Shown here piece after piece: positions 1-14,400 of a DNA stretch of 64,000 nt. How positions within the stretch are numbered: the stretch's first letter is position 1; each line of letters starts with the position of its first letter. The position numbers and the translations under genes are program-made. The stretch lies in contig JBOZIK010000001.1 of assembly GCA_051453625.1 (NCBI GenBank), positions 34,715,539-34,779,538 on the forward strand, written 5' to 3'. The DNA comes from Welwitschia mirabilis. Its lineage: Eukaryota. Below the pieces are notes generated by a model. That model was not told the origin of the DNA, searched no databases, and saw only the letters and a list, made by a program, of their open reading frames with translations.

Positions 1-424
1 ACTACTTTGTGATATAGATGCCTTTTCTATTTTTAATATGAATTATCCCTTTTGTTAATAATTGCAGGAACTTATCCCTCATAGTTTATGTTGTTCTAGA
101 TTTGTAAAAGGTTTCTTTAATTATATAGATTATGAGGGCAGCCTTCGTTAAGGTTGAGCTTGATTAGATTAGGTTAATTGCTGTTTTTTCTATAGATTAG
201 TTTTGCATTGTTATTCTATTTCATGCATTGCAATTTATTTTAGTATACTAAGGTTACATATTTCTCTTGGAATCAACTATTTATTGTCCATACCATTGGC
301 CTTCGATAGAATTATGATATTCGGATCAGTCCATCTATACTAGTGTGTTTTATTTTACATCTTATTTATAATTAACAGGATTGAAATTAAAGCATGAAAT
401 ATTGCACAAATACACACCGCAACA
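1..424 (+). mobile_element. 3' part of an Athila-like gypsy LTR, inserted into the RT region of the copia element
   Basis: Reverse complement aligns by eye with the LTR at 60884-61320 and with 47475-47930 and 17680-17900. Ends ...CACCGCAACA, and copia RT codons (MSMI...) resume immediately after. Confidence 0.8.
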
Positions 425-1296
425 ATGAGCATGATTAAACCTATAAATATGTTTTGCATTTATAAATTTAGCAACACAAATATGGAATCTTTATAAATAA
501 AAAGAAATATTCCTTATATTTAATAAAAAAATTCAAAATAGAAAATGTAAAGTGTATGGACTCTTCAATGATCACAAATGTTAAACTATCTTTAGATGAA
601 CATTGTAAGGATGTGGATCAAAAGGTATATCATAGTATTATTAGAAGTCAATTATATCTAATGGCTAGTTACCCTGATATAGGCTTTAGTATTGGTTTAT
701 GTGCCAAGTATCAAATCAAACCTAAGGAGTTACATCTTACAGCTATAAAGAAAATACTTTGCTATGTGAAAGTACTCTAGATTTTTGGTTTATGGTTTTC
801 AAATGATACTCCTTTAATTTTAATAAGACATAGCGATGTGGATTGGATTGGATGCAAAGATGATTGCAAGAGCATAAGTGATGGATGTTTATTTTTTAAA
901 AGTTGTCTCACATCCTAGTATAGCAAGAAATAATGCTCTATATCTCTTTCTACCACTGAAGCTGAGTACATAGTTGCTAGAGCATGTTGCACTCGGACCT
1001 TATGGATGAAGGAGATCCTGAAGAACTATGGGCTAAATATCATAAAAGTATCAATCCTTTATAACAACTCAAGTGTAATTCAAATAGCTCACAACCCAAT
1101 CTAACAAACTCATACTAAGCACATTGATATTAAGTACCATTTTATTCATGAATTAGTAGAAAAGAAAATAATATCTTTAGAATATATATGTATAATAGAT
1201 TAATTATCTGATATATTTATGAAACCTTTATCTTTAGAGTGATTTTCAACCCTTATCTATTTTCTAGATATTAAGTCTGAAAAGGACTTGCCCTAA
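425..1296 (+). pseudogene. Copia reverse transcriptase C-terminus and RNase H, with stops and frameshifts
   Basis: Translations include VDQKVYHSIIRSQLYLMASYPDI (consensus YRSMIGSLLYLTASRPDI), KELHLTAIKKIL, SDVDWIGCKDD, SLSTTEAEY and TKHIDIKYHFI. Confidence 0.92.
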
Positions 1297-1429
1297 CTAG
1301 CTTCCTCTGAATAATAAAGTTTAGTACGGGGTTCAAATCTTTTCTTTTCATATATATTTGAATCCCATTCAAACTTATTCCCAAGTAGGATGACTACTTT
1401 TCTCTCAGATCTCATACTGTTACTTTTTC

Positions 1430-1730
1430 CATTTACTGGGTCGATCATACGTTACATTGGGTTAACCAAATTAGTTCCAATTTTTTCTAAAAAATCCTGT
1501 AGAAATTAGATTGATCACATAGTTCATTTTGGTCAATCTCCTTTTGGCGCTTTTCCTAGTCACATTAAATCGACCTCTCCTTTAGTTTAGGTTGACTAAG
1601 TTTTATTCAGATTTTAACTGTAAAAATATCATCTCATAGGGTTGACCACTCAATTAGTTGGGTCAATCACTACCTTACTATTAAGTTTTTAAAATTTTAC
1701 ATGAATCAATCAACTATTCAATTAGTCACA
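1430..1730 (+). repeat. Array of decayed GGTCGACC-type palindromes between pol and the extra ORF
   Basis: Repeated variants gggtcgatca, gggttaacca, ggtcaatc, atcgacct, ggttgact and gggttgacca. Confidence 0.6.
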
Positions 1731-1880
1731 AGCATTTAAGGCAATATGCCATAGATTTTTAAAATCTGTCTGTCCTTTGTTTTTTTCTTATCTTTTTCAC
1801 ACCTCATTTGTTATTTTTTAAGTTTCTGGGGGTGCCTCTTCAACTTTTTTCATGTGCTTTCTCTCAGATCTGAGCATAAA

Positions 1881-2880
1881 ATGGCTTCTTCTTAGCCAAG
1901 AAAGGGATCTAGGAAAAGAAGAAATGAAGCTATAGTCAAACCTCCCAGTTATGTGTTTTTCAGGATTAGAACTGAGCAACTAAAGTATTATGAGAAGTAT
2001 TTCAAGACTAGTCTCATTACTTTAGAGAAAACCTGTGAAAAAATGCTATTTCTTAGCCTGAAAAAGGTTCAGACTCTTCTAGAAGAAGTTAACTAGGGTT
2101 ATTTTCTTCATGTTTCTGGAACTTATTACCCTCTGGTCACCAGGTCATTCTAGTCAAATGCTAGGTATGATGCCTCTCAGTCCATTTTCATTACATTCAT
2201 CTTTAGCCAAGAAATATGCATTACTACAAATCTTATAGCTTTTCTCACTAGCCTTTCAAGAGAAAACTGGGGCGAGTACTAGCTTATGGCTGAATCATTC
2301 GAGGAGAAGAATGTAGCCACTCACCATCTGTGTCGCATATACATAACTTGGAAGAAGACCCTTAAAGCTTCTTAGCTTCTTCCAATATTTTGTCTTTGCA
2401 CTTGATTATATCTTACAACTTCCTCCCAGTTGCCAGGTATAAAGATAAGCTCTCTAACTATTAGGTCTTTCTACTTTTTGCACTGGACAGAAGAAGATAC
2501 ATAGATGCTTCTAGCATAATGCTCAAACATATGGCCAACTAGCTTTATCCATACAAATGGCATGCCTTACCTTAGTCTTTCCTCATTACTCAGATTTGTT
2601 GTTACTTCGACATTCATCATCTCACCAGGCAGGAGATCCAAAAGCCCATGGGGCCTATTGATCATGCCACATTGTCTAGAATGCATACTTTTGAGGAACC
2701 AACCACTTCTTCTAAGCCTAAGATTAAGGCCTCTTAGACCCCAGAAATCCTTCATCTTTTGCATAGAATAGATTCATCGACTTATCACATTAAGGAGGTC
2801 CTGATTGTGAGTGGTACTCTAGTTGTCGACACCTCTCAAAGTGAGGGTGCTAAGTCTTCTGAATCTTCGAGTCTAATTGA
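1881..2880 (+). pseudogene. Sirevirus extra ('env-like') ORF, degenerate
   Basis: Begins MASS*PRKGSRKRR. Contains YYPLVTRSF*SNA, ICITTNLIAFLT, LHLIISYNFLPVA and IDASSIMLKHMA. Colinear with the ORFs at 31763-32807 and 41392-42587. Confidence 0.75.
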
Positions 2881-3192
2881 GTTATTCTTATTGTTTTTGT
2901 TTACTCTTTTTATGTCCTTCCTATCCTTGATTTTATCAAAAAGGGAGAGAAAAATTTATATCATTTTTGTCACTTCTTTATAATACTATTTGGCTAAAAA
3001 TGTAACTTTTAGTATGTAATGAACTTTTTGAGTAATTCAAAGAAGTTTAATTTTTGTGTAAATCTCTTTTGGTTTTTTTAATACTACATAAAGCACATTT
3101 AAATTTAATCGTTTTCAAACTTAAATGAGTTAGGGAGAGAACCCATATATCAAAATTATTGTTTTTTCTTAATTAATAACAAAGGAGAAGTT

Positions 3193-4661
3193 TGTTGAGA
3201 ATTCATTATCATTAATTAATTTAATGAGTTTTTTGTAAGTTAGTCTTTTGTGTAGGTAATTCCTAGAACTGGATGACTGATGCATAAGATCGGATGACTG
3301 ACTGATAAAGAATTATAAAACTACTTTAGAATCAGATGATTAAACTAATACAACATAAAGAGACTAGTTTATACACAGGGACCACCATCCGTACATAGGC
3401 AGCCACAATTTACTCAAGTAGATTCAATTAGATAATAGGATAGATGATCAATAAGTTTCTTACAGGTGACTGTAGAACATGCAGTGAAATCCAATCTGAT
3501 AGCAGAATGGGTGACCAACCAGATGCCTAAGGGTAACTACCTATCACATAGTAATAATCTATCTAATAGTAGTATAGGTGACTGAAAATTTCTTAATGGA
3601 CGACTGCATGATAATAAGTAGAACATGAATCTAGTAACTTAAAGTTGACCACACGTAAAAAGATCGGGCAATTGAATTCAATGCTAAATCTCCACTCATA
3701 ATATCATTCAGGTAAAGATGGTCAGGATGACCTACCTAAGGGCAACTGAGTATTTNNNNNNNNNNNNNNNNNNNNNNNNNNNNNNNNNNNNNNNNNNNNN
3801 NNNNNNNNNNNNNNNNNNNNNNNNNNNNNNNNNNNNNNNNNNNNNNNNNNNNNNNAGTGACTTCAAGCAAAAATATCCTCTCATAAGGTTGACTAGGTAA
3901 AAATGATCAGGAAGACCTAATTAAGGACAACAGAGTATTTTCACAAGGGTAACCGAATTTACACCATATCCTATACTGAGAAATATGCTACAAGCAAGGG
4001 AAACCAAATGTTAGAATAAGGGTGACTATAGATGTGAGTGACTAAAGTATTACATAAGGTCGATCATATGATAAAGAAATGTAATCTTTATGAATATAAT
4101 AATTCATTAGAAAAAGCACAATGATTCATTAAAAAGGTGTAATGATTCACTTTGTCTTATAAAAAAGGTCACATATAAATTTCTTAAGTATAAAAGCTCT
4201 TCTCTATTTAATAGAGAGACACGATTGATGAATTGTTAAATTTGATATTGAATATGAACTATCATACTCTCTTCTAGTACATCTAAACATTCTTCAAGTT
4301 CAGATTTACATTGTACTTACATCTTGATACTTTCTTGAGAAGAATATTACTGTATCTTAAAGGAGACATCTGTGCTTTAAAGAATCCTTCCTTTCTATCA
4401 TTGTTTCATGATTGAGGATAAGCCTTAAAATTCTCATTGATTGTGAAAGATTATTTGATAATCATGAAAACCATTCTTGTGAGGAAATATATGCCAACTA
4501 GGACAAGGAATCTGCAAAGCTAAAGGATGGTGTCTATCCACCATTAAATACCTTGTTTTAGTACTTCTTTATATTTTTGGTTTTTTCAAGTCATGAACAA
4601 CAAGGAATCACAATGTTAAAAGACCTATTCACCCCCCTCTAGGGTCGATCCTCTACTTTCA
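3193..4661 (+). repeat. 3' LTR of the Sirevirus element
   Basis: Starts TGTTG after the PPT aaaggagaagtt and ends CTTTCA. Contains repeated ggatgactga/gggtgacc motifs and a TATA-like ttataaaa near 4158. Confidence 0.82.
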
Positions 4662-4967
4662 ATTTGTATTTTTTATTTTTTTTAATTTTCATAAACTATA
4701 TCTATTAATCATCTTTTATGTCATTTAGACAATAAACAAGATGATGGTTATTATGCATTTTTTGAGTATGAAGAAACATGATGAATTTTGATAAGAAAAA
4801 TGAAACATCAGAGGGAGTGGATCTTAATTGAAGAAAATATTGAAGAAGGCTTATTCAACTATGAGTAAAATCTAGGTATGCACATTCCAGTATGCAAATT
4901 CCAAGAATTATGGAAGAATATTTTTTTGATTTTATTATTTTAAAAATAAAGTTTTTTAAAAGAAGAT

Positions 4968-5025
4968 TATGGAAATAATAGAATAGAAGAAAATTGTATG
5001 GAAATAATAGAATAGAAGAAAATTG
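4968..5025. repeat. Perfect 29-bp tandem duplication
   Basis: tatggaaataatagaatagaagaaaattg occurs twice in a row. Confidence 0.9.
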
Positions 5026-5086
5026 TTTTACTTCTTCATTTATGTCAAATTTAGCATAAAAGCAAAAACTAGTTGTTTTATTTAGT

Positions 5087-6750
5087 ATGTCAATCATGGT
5101 AGGAGCATCTACTTCAAATCCAAATGCTACATTTAGAGAATTGATAGCTAATAGAAAACATGAAATTCAAAATCCTTTAGACTTATCTCTTGGTACTATT
5201 GTAGAACTTAGAAACTTAAGTGTACACTCTATTTTTGGGAGGGCTTGAAGAAAACCCATTTCAACATCTAACTAACATATAACAACTTGTGATTATCTCA
5301 AGGAATGATAAGAAATAAATTAATCATTAAACTTACATGATCATATTTCCTATTACACTTAAAGAAAAAGCTAAACTTTGGCTTAGAACCATTTCATATA
5401 AGATTCTTAAGTCATAAAATCAAGTGCAAGAAGCTTTTATTGAAAGATTTATTACTGAACATAGCATGAAAAAAAAAAGAATGAAAAGATTATAAAATTT
5501 CAGAAATAACTCTATAAAGATTATGCCTTAATGTATAAATGATTTATTATAGCTATTCATTCTAACTGTGTTGATCAATTTTTCAAGAAGGAATTGATAG
5601 ATTATTTTTATAGTGGATTGAATAGTTAAATTAAATAACTTGTAGAGTTTTCTTATGATTGTCACATAATGAACTTAATTTTATATGAAGCATGAAGGTT
5701 GTTTAAAAATTTAGTAGGGATATGTCAAACTTGGCTAAGACCAACTTCTAGAGAAAATTAAATAGTAGGCCAAATCATAAAAGATCTAAAAGAAGTAAGA
5801 CATGACAAGGAGGAAAAGTGACATGATTCAACCAATGTAATTAAGGATTTCACTACTACTTTAGAAAAATATACTAAAATGATAGTTAATGAAAAGGTCA
5901 TAAATGAATGAAATGTGATTTCAACATGTAATTTATATGAAAACAACTCTTATTTAATAAAATAATAATCCTTGTTGCCAACATGTAAAGATAGGATGTT
6001 TTAAGGGAGTATGTGAATTCAATCAAAGACCTTTTAACTTAAAAATAAATCATAATATCAAAAAAGAATAAGTGAGTAATCAAATTGGCAACCTTTTGAG
6101 AATAAATTCAAGAATTCAAATTTTCAACTAACTCCAACTTTCAACAAAATACCTTAAATTTTCAACAAAGTAGAAGTGATTCACTTAGAGACTTAATAGA
6201 GGAGTTAAAGAAAATGCAAGAAAGGATTAACAAAACCATTAAAAACCAAAGTACAAACATGGAGAATGTATTTAGTGTACTTTATTTGACTAATCAAAAA
6301 CCACAAGGATCTCTTGTATTACAAGATTTACCAAACCAAAATGAAGTTAAGAGAGATTGGAATGTAATGATTAGAGGTAGAAATGATATAATATCACCTA
6401 CTCATAAAGATTTAAATTCCAAAAATGATGAAAAATATGAGAAAGAGGATGACATAAAAATCCTAGAAATTCAAAAATTATATTCAACTTTTAAAGATAA
6501 TCCTACCATGAAAAATTCTTTACAAGAAAATAAAGGAAATAAATCAGCTACCCCTTGGCTTGACAAACTAAACATGAATCCTACCTTTGATGAATACTTA
6601 AAAGTTTTAATGCAAGATGTGAGCATCAAATTATCCTTTTTAAAAACATTGTAAGAAAATCTTAAATATGCCAAGATATGAAAATACCTAGTTAGAAGAA
6701 AACAAAAACATACCATTTTTAGTAATGTATTCCTTGCTCAATCTATCTCT
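5087..6750 (+). pseudogene. Gypsy gag, degenerate
   Basis: Motifs EENPFQHLTNI, IFPITLKEKAKLWLRTI, VQEAFIERF and FYSGLN. Colinear with the gag copies at 60100 and 46390-46740. Confidence 0.8.
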
Positions 6751-6759
6751 AACTTAGTT

Positions 6760-9700
6760 ATGCAAAAGTATTCTAAGATTAAAGACCCTGGGGTAACAAC
6801 AGTGAGTGTTACTTTAAAACAAAATAAGAGAATTAAAATTTCCTTGATAGATATAGAAGTAAGTGTAAACATCATCCCTCTTCACAAATGCAAAATACTT
6901 GGTTTAAAAATAGATTTAAACTTATATGAATCACCTTGGAATTAGTTGATACCTCAATTAAAAAACACTTGAGGATCATTAAAGACTTAGTTATCTAAGA
7001 CCTAGTTATCCAAATAGAATAAGACTTTTATCCCATAGATGTAGTTATTATTGAAGTAGAACATCATAGATATTACCCACTACTTTTAGTAAGAGCCTTT
7101 TGTGCAACCATCCATTGCATCATAGACATACAAACTAAAATGATGAGATGTTACATAAGAAATAAGAACTTCATTGTTAGAGTTTCTAATGCTACTAAAA
7201 AAGACATAAGAAATGAGTAAAACTTAGAAAGAAAATTTAAACCAACTCTATTTTTGCAACGTCACCCAGTTAGAGAGAAATTGATAATGTTACATGATCC
7301 AATTTTGTAGGATGATTCAACTAAAATAAATAATCTTAATCATGAGGATGAGAAAGTTTTAAATCAAGAAGAAGTCCAACTTGTAAAATTAATAGAAAAA
7401 AATTATGATGAAAAGCATTATCAACCATAGTGACAGTGCTCGATAATAGTTAATGATGGAAGTTTAATAATAGTGAATGATTATTACATGAAAAATACAT
7501 CTCTCTATCAAATAATCTTAAGAAACATTTTATGATAAGTGAACTTATTATCCCTCAACAAGAATATAACTTAGTCTTATTTTTAAAATTTAAGGAAAAT
7601 GCTTTTGCTTGGACTCATAAAGACTTAGTTGTGATTCCCCCTTTTATAGCTTAATACAAATTCTACCTTGAACATAATGCTAAACTAGTTAGGATACCCT
7701 AATGAAGATTTAATCTAGCCCTTAAAAAGTAGTCAAGAATGAATTCATTAAACTTATGGATATTAGGATTATCTATGATACATATGATAGTAAGTGTATT
7801 AGCCTCTTGATGGTAGTACCTAAGAAGGGTTGTAGGAAACTTAATGAAGTTACTAAGAAGAATCATTTCCTTTTACTCTTTCTAGATCAAATATTTAATA
7901 GATTTCAAGGATATGCCTACTACTATTTTTTTATATGGATATAGTGGCTATAATTTTGTTTGCATAGCTAGTAAAAATCAAGAAAAGATAACCTTTACTT
8001 CTTTCTTTGGAATCTTTGCCTTTGGAATAATGCCTTTTGGAACTTTTTAATGTGTAATGATGGGAATATTTTCTAACATGATAAAGGGATTCATTAAAGT
8101 ATTTATGTATGAATTCTCAATATTTAGTAAAAATTTTGAATGAATCATATAAAGGTTAGAGAAAGTCTCAAACAAGTGTATAGAAAGTGGCCTAGACTTA
8201 AATTAGGAGAAAATTTTTTCCCTTGTTAATAATCAAATTATTTTAGATCATTACATTTCTAGTGAAGGAATTAGAATAAACCCCCTAAAATATGATATCA
8301 TTCCAAATATTAACCCTCACATTAATGTTAAATAAGTTATATATTTCATTGATCATAGTGGTTTCTATTACCGTTTTATCTAAGACTATGCCAAAATCTG
8401 TAAATCCCTTAATTCATTAGTTGAAAAAGAAGATAAGTTTGATTAGAATGACTTATGCAAACTTTCTTTTAAAACACTTAAAGATAAAATCTATTCTAAA
8501 CCTGTTATAATGGGACCCAATTATACTAAGGATTTTTAACTTATATGTGATTCCAAAAACATTGTTGTAAGTGGGATTTTTGGTAGAAAATATGAAAAAG
8601 TTTTTAAAGTCATATCTTACCATAGTAAAACTTTGTTTAAGGCATAATCTAATTACACTACTACTAGAAATAGAATACTTGCCATAATTTTTTGGCTTGT
8701 TAACCTTATACATTATCTTTTTAGCTTCCATACCAATTTTTACATGGATCATGTACCTATACTTTACCTTATGAGCAAGAAAGATTTTAGTACTATACTT
8801 ATTAAGTAAATCCTTCTCATGTAAAATTTTAATCCTACCATCATAGATAAGGCTAAAAAACATAAAAGTAGTGTAGATAACTTGTTTTAACTTTCTTGGT
8901 CTCTTGAAAAACTTTCAATAAATGATTGCTTTTGTAATGAATAACTATTTGCTACAAAACAACTCTATGTCCTCCCTTTTACTCATTCTTCTCCTTGATA
9001 TGCTAATATTGTAAGTTATCTTATTATCATAAAGACACCATAACATTAGAATCATAGCCAACAAAAATATTTTATTTATAAGATTAGTGATTATGACTGG
9101 AATGAGCTCCATCTTTATCATAGCTGTAATGATCAAATCATACATACATGTATGCCAAAATTGCAAAAAATATTCTTAAACTTTTCCATGTTATAGTATG
9201 TATGAATTACATTAGTTGACAAAATACTATAATGAAAATCCTTCATTTTGGTTTCAATTGACCTACCCTTTTTAAAGATTCTTTTGATTTTGTTAGAAGG
9301 TGTGATGCTTATCACTATTATGATAACCTAAATTGCTCTCAAAATATGCTCCTTAAACTTATCTTTAAATGTAAACCTTTTGATTATTAAAGTTTTAACT
9401 TTATAAGCCCTATCAAACCACCTTCTCATGACCAAATTTATGTCCTAATGACTCTTGATTATGTTACCAAATAGATTGAAGTTATTTCTACTATCATAAA
9501 TGATATCTTAAATGTTTGTAATTTTTTTTAAACCCATATCTTTTAGTTCTTTAGTTTTATAAAATCATAAATAGTAATCAAACAACTCATTTCATTAATT
9601 GTATTTTCTGAAAACTTCTCTTATCCATTGGAGTTAAACATCAAATTACCTATGCTTGTCATCCCAATTCAATAATGAAGATAAAAATGTAAATAGGGCA

Positions 9701-10319
9701 ACTCAGAAGATACTCCAAAAACTTATCTTTATGAATAAGATAGCTTGATATTCTTAACTCAATAATGTTCTTTGATCTTATCATACTTTTTGGTAAAATT
9801 CTGTTGGCTTTTCACCTGATGAACTTATGTATGGAAAATTTTGTATCTTTTTAGTTAATGTTTGTTATAACTCTTATCATTATACCTATCAACTTAATCT
9901 TATAAACTTAGAAGAAAATATTAGGACTCGATTATCTTAACTTGTTTACTTAAATTAAAAAACATAATTGTGCTATACATCATCAACTTATTCATAAATC
10001 TTAAGATAATATTAAACGTGATAAAAAGTTAACTCATAAGAAACCTGAGCTAAGTTAACTAGTTCATTTGTATAATACTTGAATGCATATTTTACACAAC
10101 AAGTTAATCTTTAAATAGTTAGGTTCTTATCTTTTAGAAAAAGTACATTGTAATGAATTAGTTAAAATCTTTGATCTATATACTAGGAAAATGTAGAAAG
10201 CTAATGGATAAAGGTTAAAAATTTATGAGATACCTACCAATCATGCCTTGAACATAAAATAAGAACTTGTCTTGGAATCTCTCCTCAATGAGGAGGACTT
10301 TCTTTTTGACATTATCTAA
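6760..10319 (+). pseudogene. Gypsy pol (PR-RT-RNaseH-IN), degenerate
   Basis: KIKDPG, LIDIEVSVNIIP (protease), KNHFLLLFLDQIFNRFQGYAYY (RT), FIKVFMYEFSIF (decayed YxDD motif), LICDSKN and NYTTTR (RNaseH), DYVTK*IEVI and YACHP (integrase). Confidence 0.9.
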
Positions 10320-12640
10320 GTTCTTTCTTTGTTAATTATTTTGGTGAACATTATGATATGATTTGAAAAGTATTTTTCTTAACTTATGCATTACTTTATG
10401 AAGCTATCATGACTAGCAATATTTTACTTGAACATTTTAAAGTGATAAGATTAGATTCATCTAATTTTAAGATTTTCATATGTATATGAATTTTATATTT
10501 AAGGAAGATACCTTTCTTCTTATGCTCTCTCTTAATGGTGTATGTCTTTAGCTGTTTAAGGTATGTCCTTCCTTGTTTTACATCTAATTACTTCACCCTT
10601 CTTTCTAAGAGTACTTGATTATCTATTCTTTACTTCTTTAGAGAAGAGAGAGGGAGAGGGAAGGGGTGGAGGGGGGGAGGATGNNNNNNNNNNNNNNNNN
10701 NNNNNNNNNNNNNNNNNNNNNNNNNNNNNNNNNNNNNNNNNNNNNNNNNNNNNNNNNNNNNNNNNNNNNNNNNNNNNNNNNNNNNNNNNNNNNNNNNNNN
10801 NNNNNNNNNNNNNNNNNNNNNNNNNNNNNNNNNNNNNNNNNNNNNNNNNNNNNNNNNNNNNNNNNNNNNNNNNNNNNNNNNNNNNNNNNNNNNNNNNNNN
10901 NNNNNNNNNNNNNNNNNNNNNNNNNNNNNNNNNNNNNNNNNNNNNNNNNNNNNNNNNNNNNNNNNNNNNNAATAATAATAACTTTAAGGCATGGAATTAG
11001 TTATATCCCTCATATCATTAGAAGGATTGCTTATTTCCTAGAATTATTATGGATACAATACTTCTACATGACCATTTTAATTTTTAGAAATTTGATGTGT
11101 TTTTGTAATGGAAGTAGGTAAGTCCATTTTTTAGAAACTTTTGATATTATTATTCATTAAGTTAGAATATTGAAACTACTTAGAATAATCATAATCACTA
11201 TCTAATCAAGCGATATTTTATGAAGTTTTTACATTATGTCATGCATCATTAATCAAGTGATTTTATGATTTCTACCAAAGAAATTTATTAGATTATAATT
11301 TTGGATAGGTAAAAATCTTCTTCATGTTTCTAGTTATATATTTTAACTTTTTGTTTTATTTAGTTATTTAATTTGGTATTTCAAAGTTATTTCCATAGTT
11401 TTTCATCATAATACTTAGGACTTGATCATTTAGTAATTTTCTTATCATCTTTTTGTTTTTACTTGGGGTTTAGAGGTTGATCTTCAATTAGCACTTCAAT
11501 AGATGACATTCCTTTAATTCATGATGATGCTTTCTCCATCTCTTTATGTTTCAGTAGATTTACTTACTACTCTTGAATGCTTTTGAGTTTGGGTAAATTT
11601 GAGGATTTTCTTTAGCATTTCGTCTTTTATGTGGTGCATTATCACTATTCTATCCTAATACTCCTTTTTATACAACAAGTTTCATACCTTTTCATGCTTT
11701 GTTAGTGATTATTTCTTGGCCTTTATCCATATTTTTGATCATATCTTAACTTTCTAAGGCTTCACTATTGCTATTATTAGCTAATGATTATCTAGACAAT
11801 GTTTGATTCCTTAGTGATTGTCATTCCATGTATAGTGTTTAGACGATGACCTAAATAACATTAGCTTATTCCTAATTTTTCATAATATGGGATGTATTAA
11901 TTCCCTTTTGAGGAGTAGGACATATTTGTATGATATTTTTCAGTAAAATTTTTATTTATAAGGCTCATTTTAATCTTTCATGCTAGTTTAGTTATAATTT
12001 GAAATTATTTGTGAAATATGCATTATGGATATTGTTTAGTAAGCCATAGCAGAGCAACTATAAGATCTTCTTATAAGTGTGATATAAAAGATTAGAAGAC
12101 TATGGACAAGGGGAGTAATGTTATAATTATTTTATATGTATTTAGCCCTTGTTGATTGTATTTAAAACTTACTAATTGATTTATATACATCATTTTTAGT
12201 TATCACTATTATTAATCAAAAAACATGCACATCATTTATTTGAATTATTAGAATTATATCTTTTGATGAAATTTTTACATGACATTCAATTTTTATTTTT
12301 TAGTTTGTAAAACATTTTAAGTGATATGCTAACATAGCTTGTAAGTGCTTTGATCTTATTTTCTAATGACCATGATCATAGGCATTTGATTTATTCATCT
12401 AATTCTTGAAGCTTATCACCTCTGCCATCATTCACATGATATATAAAATGACAATATGTCATACACTCTGCTAAGATAATACATCTAGTTTATTAAATTT
12501 TGATAATTAATCCTATATGATAAGGTTTTCTAAACTAGATTCATGTTTTCATAGTTATTATTTGTATTAGTAAATTTGTCTCATAATTTGTAGTTGTTTG
12601 CTTATGTTATTAAAGACTAATAAGACTAAGTGGGAAGATA

Positions 12641-13911
12641 TGTTGCAATGCCAAAGTGTATTATTTGGTGAGGTAATTCAAGCACTTTTGGAGGACATTT
12701 AGATAGGTTCAAGAGGATTTTTATAACTATGAAGAACCAATGGGATGTTTATGAAGATGTGTAATCCTTGGCATATTTAAAGTAATTTAAGGTAAATTTT
12801 GATACTTGCCATTCTAAGAAAGATTCTAATATCCCAAGAGGCTTATTTTTCCTTAACTAAGAAACTTAGAAAAATGCTGTTCACATAGTTGTCTAAACGA
12901 CAGCCACTAGATGAACATACATTTAGAGCTAATAGGCATGATGAAATGCATTAGGGCTATAAACTAATGAGTCATCTTTTATTATAGGGCATCATCTCCT
13001 ATAATCATCTAGATGAGAGTAAGGATAATAACTATTTTATATGATAAATAAATTATTTTTGATAGGGGTTACATGTAGCATTTAGGCTACTAGGGTGTTA
13101 TTTCTGATGTTTAAGGAATTTGTTCTAGAATCTTCCATGTAGAACTAGAAATACCCTTATTTCCCATACTTTCAAATTCATCTTTTTTATGAAAAAGTAT
13201 TATGATAGGAGATCAATAGATAAGAGATCCATCTTATACTATAAAGAGAAGTCTTTCTTGGTATTAGATTGCATATCATTCATTGAGATGCTACTACTTT
13301 GTAAGTTGATGCTTTATTTGAGATTAATAAAATATTACTTTACTTCTATTATGTGCATCTCCCTTATGGTTGATATTGGTTATGATTCTATGATAGTTTC
13401 ATAGTTAATCTAGATCATAAGGATAACCTTCGATAGGTTGATATTATTATTTTAAGTACTTTCATTTCAGTTCATCTTACATTTCCATAGTTATACTAGT
13501 TACATTTATTTATATTTTGTTTGATATGCTTTATAAATTATTTTGATTAGGATCAAGTGATATTTTTTCCTAAGTAATCTAAGCTATACAGACTGATATT
13601 CATGATAGAAAGATTGGTAGTTAAATAGATTTATTACTTATACATATTTCATTTGCATCTCATTTATAAGTGATGCATTAGCATTTATCTTGAACTATAT
13701 TTATGCATTATTTTCTATTTTCACTTACTTAACAAATAAAGACCAAAAATAATTCATTAAAATCAATTCTATAACTTCTAGCCTAGTGCTTCCAATGGAT
13801 TATGAAATTTGAATTAACTCTTGTCTATGCTAATGTGTTTTTTATGCAAACATATATGTTTTATATGATTTTTTTAAGGACTTAAAGATTACATAAATTT
13901 ACACTATAATA
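12641..13911 (+). repeat. 3' LTR of gypsy element 1
   Basis: Starts TGTTGCAATG right after the PPT and ends CACTATAATA (decayed CACTGCAACA). Similar to the other gypsy LTRs in the window. Confidence 0.78.
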
Positions 13912-14400
13912 ATAAAAAATCCACAATATGCTAAAATAGTACCTATTTCTAAGTATTACTAAATATCCTATTTTATGTTTAACTAGATAAATAAGAGTAG
14001 ATTAAAGTAGCATTATGAAGATCATTAAACTTAAAGAAAAGGAATGAATAAGATCTACCACAAATAAATTAAAACTAAAAAAAAGAATACCTTAGTAAAT
14101 TAATGTGATTTCCTAACATAGGTACATACACACACAAAGCGTAGCTTTCTCTGACATCTTTCAATATTTTTAACCTGCAAAAACTATGGTTTTAGAGCAT
14201 CACCAACCTTACATACAACATAAGATGCTTCTCTTAAGGTAGAACTCTATTCCTCTTAGGGATGTTTAATAAGATAATAACGAAAATGTGCTCAAAAGTA
14301 CTAACACAATTTAAGATTCTTCTTTGAAGGTAACACTCTTTTCTCCTCATAGATATTCAATAATAAAAAACCACAACATGCTCACAAGTACTCATAGAAT
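13912..14400. repeat. Degenerate tandem repeat of about 90 bp, origin unassigned
   Basis: taagatgcttctcttaaggtagaactct...gctcaaaagtact (14221) versus taagattcttctttgaaggtaacactct...gctcacaagtact (14312), plus a partial unit at 13912. Confidence 0.6.

Larger units (their letters stand above)
425..4661 (+). mobile_element. Sirevirus (SIRE-type) Ty1/copia retrotransposon, 3' half, degenerate
   Basis: Order is RT-RNaseH, spacer, extra ORF, repeated AGGGAGA-type PPTs (about 2941, 3131, 3181), then an LTR with the Sirevirus-like terminal motif CTATTCACCCCCCTCTAGG. Confidence 0.85.
4662..13911 (+). mobile_element. Athila-like Ty3/gypsy element 1 (5' LTR not in window)
   Basis: Leader, then gag, PR, RT, RNaseH, IN, a 2.3 kb 3' region, the PPT agactaagtgggaagata, and an LTR. 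Confidence 0.88.

Noticed and set aside
3270..4070. Short regularly recurring motifs resembling a CRISPR-like array
   Set aside because: The repeats are short, degenerate and irregularly spaced inside a plant LTR. They are Sirevirus LTR repeat motifs, and no cas genes are present.
4662..4675. ATTTGTATT after the Sirevirus LTR as a PBS
   Set aside because: The match to TGGTATCAGAGC is too weak, and the following sequence is gypsy leader rather than copia gag.
8453..9315. Minus-strand ORFs of 60-136 aa (similarly 24557-24910 and 59975-60298)
   Set aside because: They are antisense shadows of decayed pol or gag, with no independent motif.
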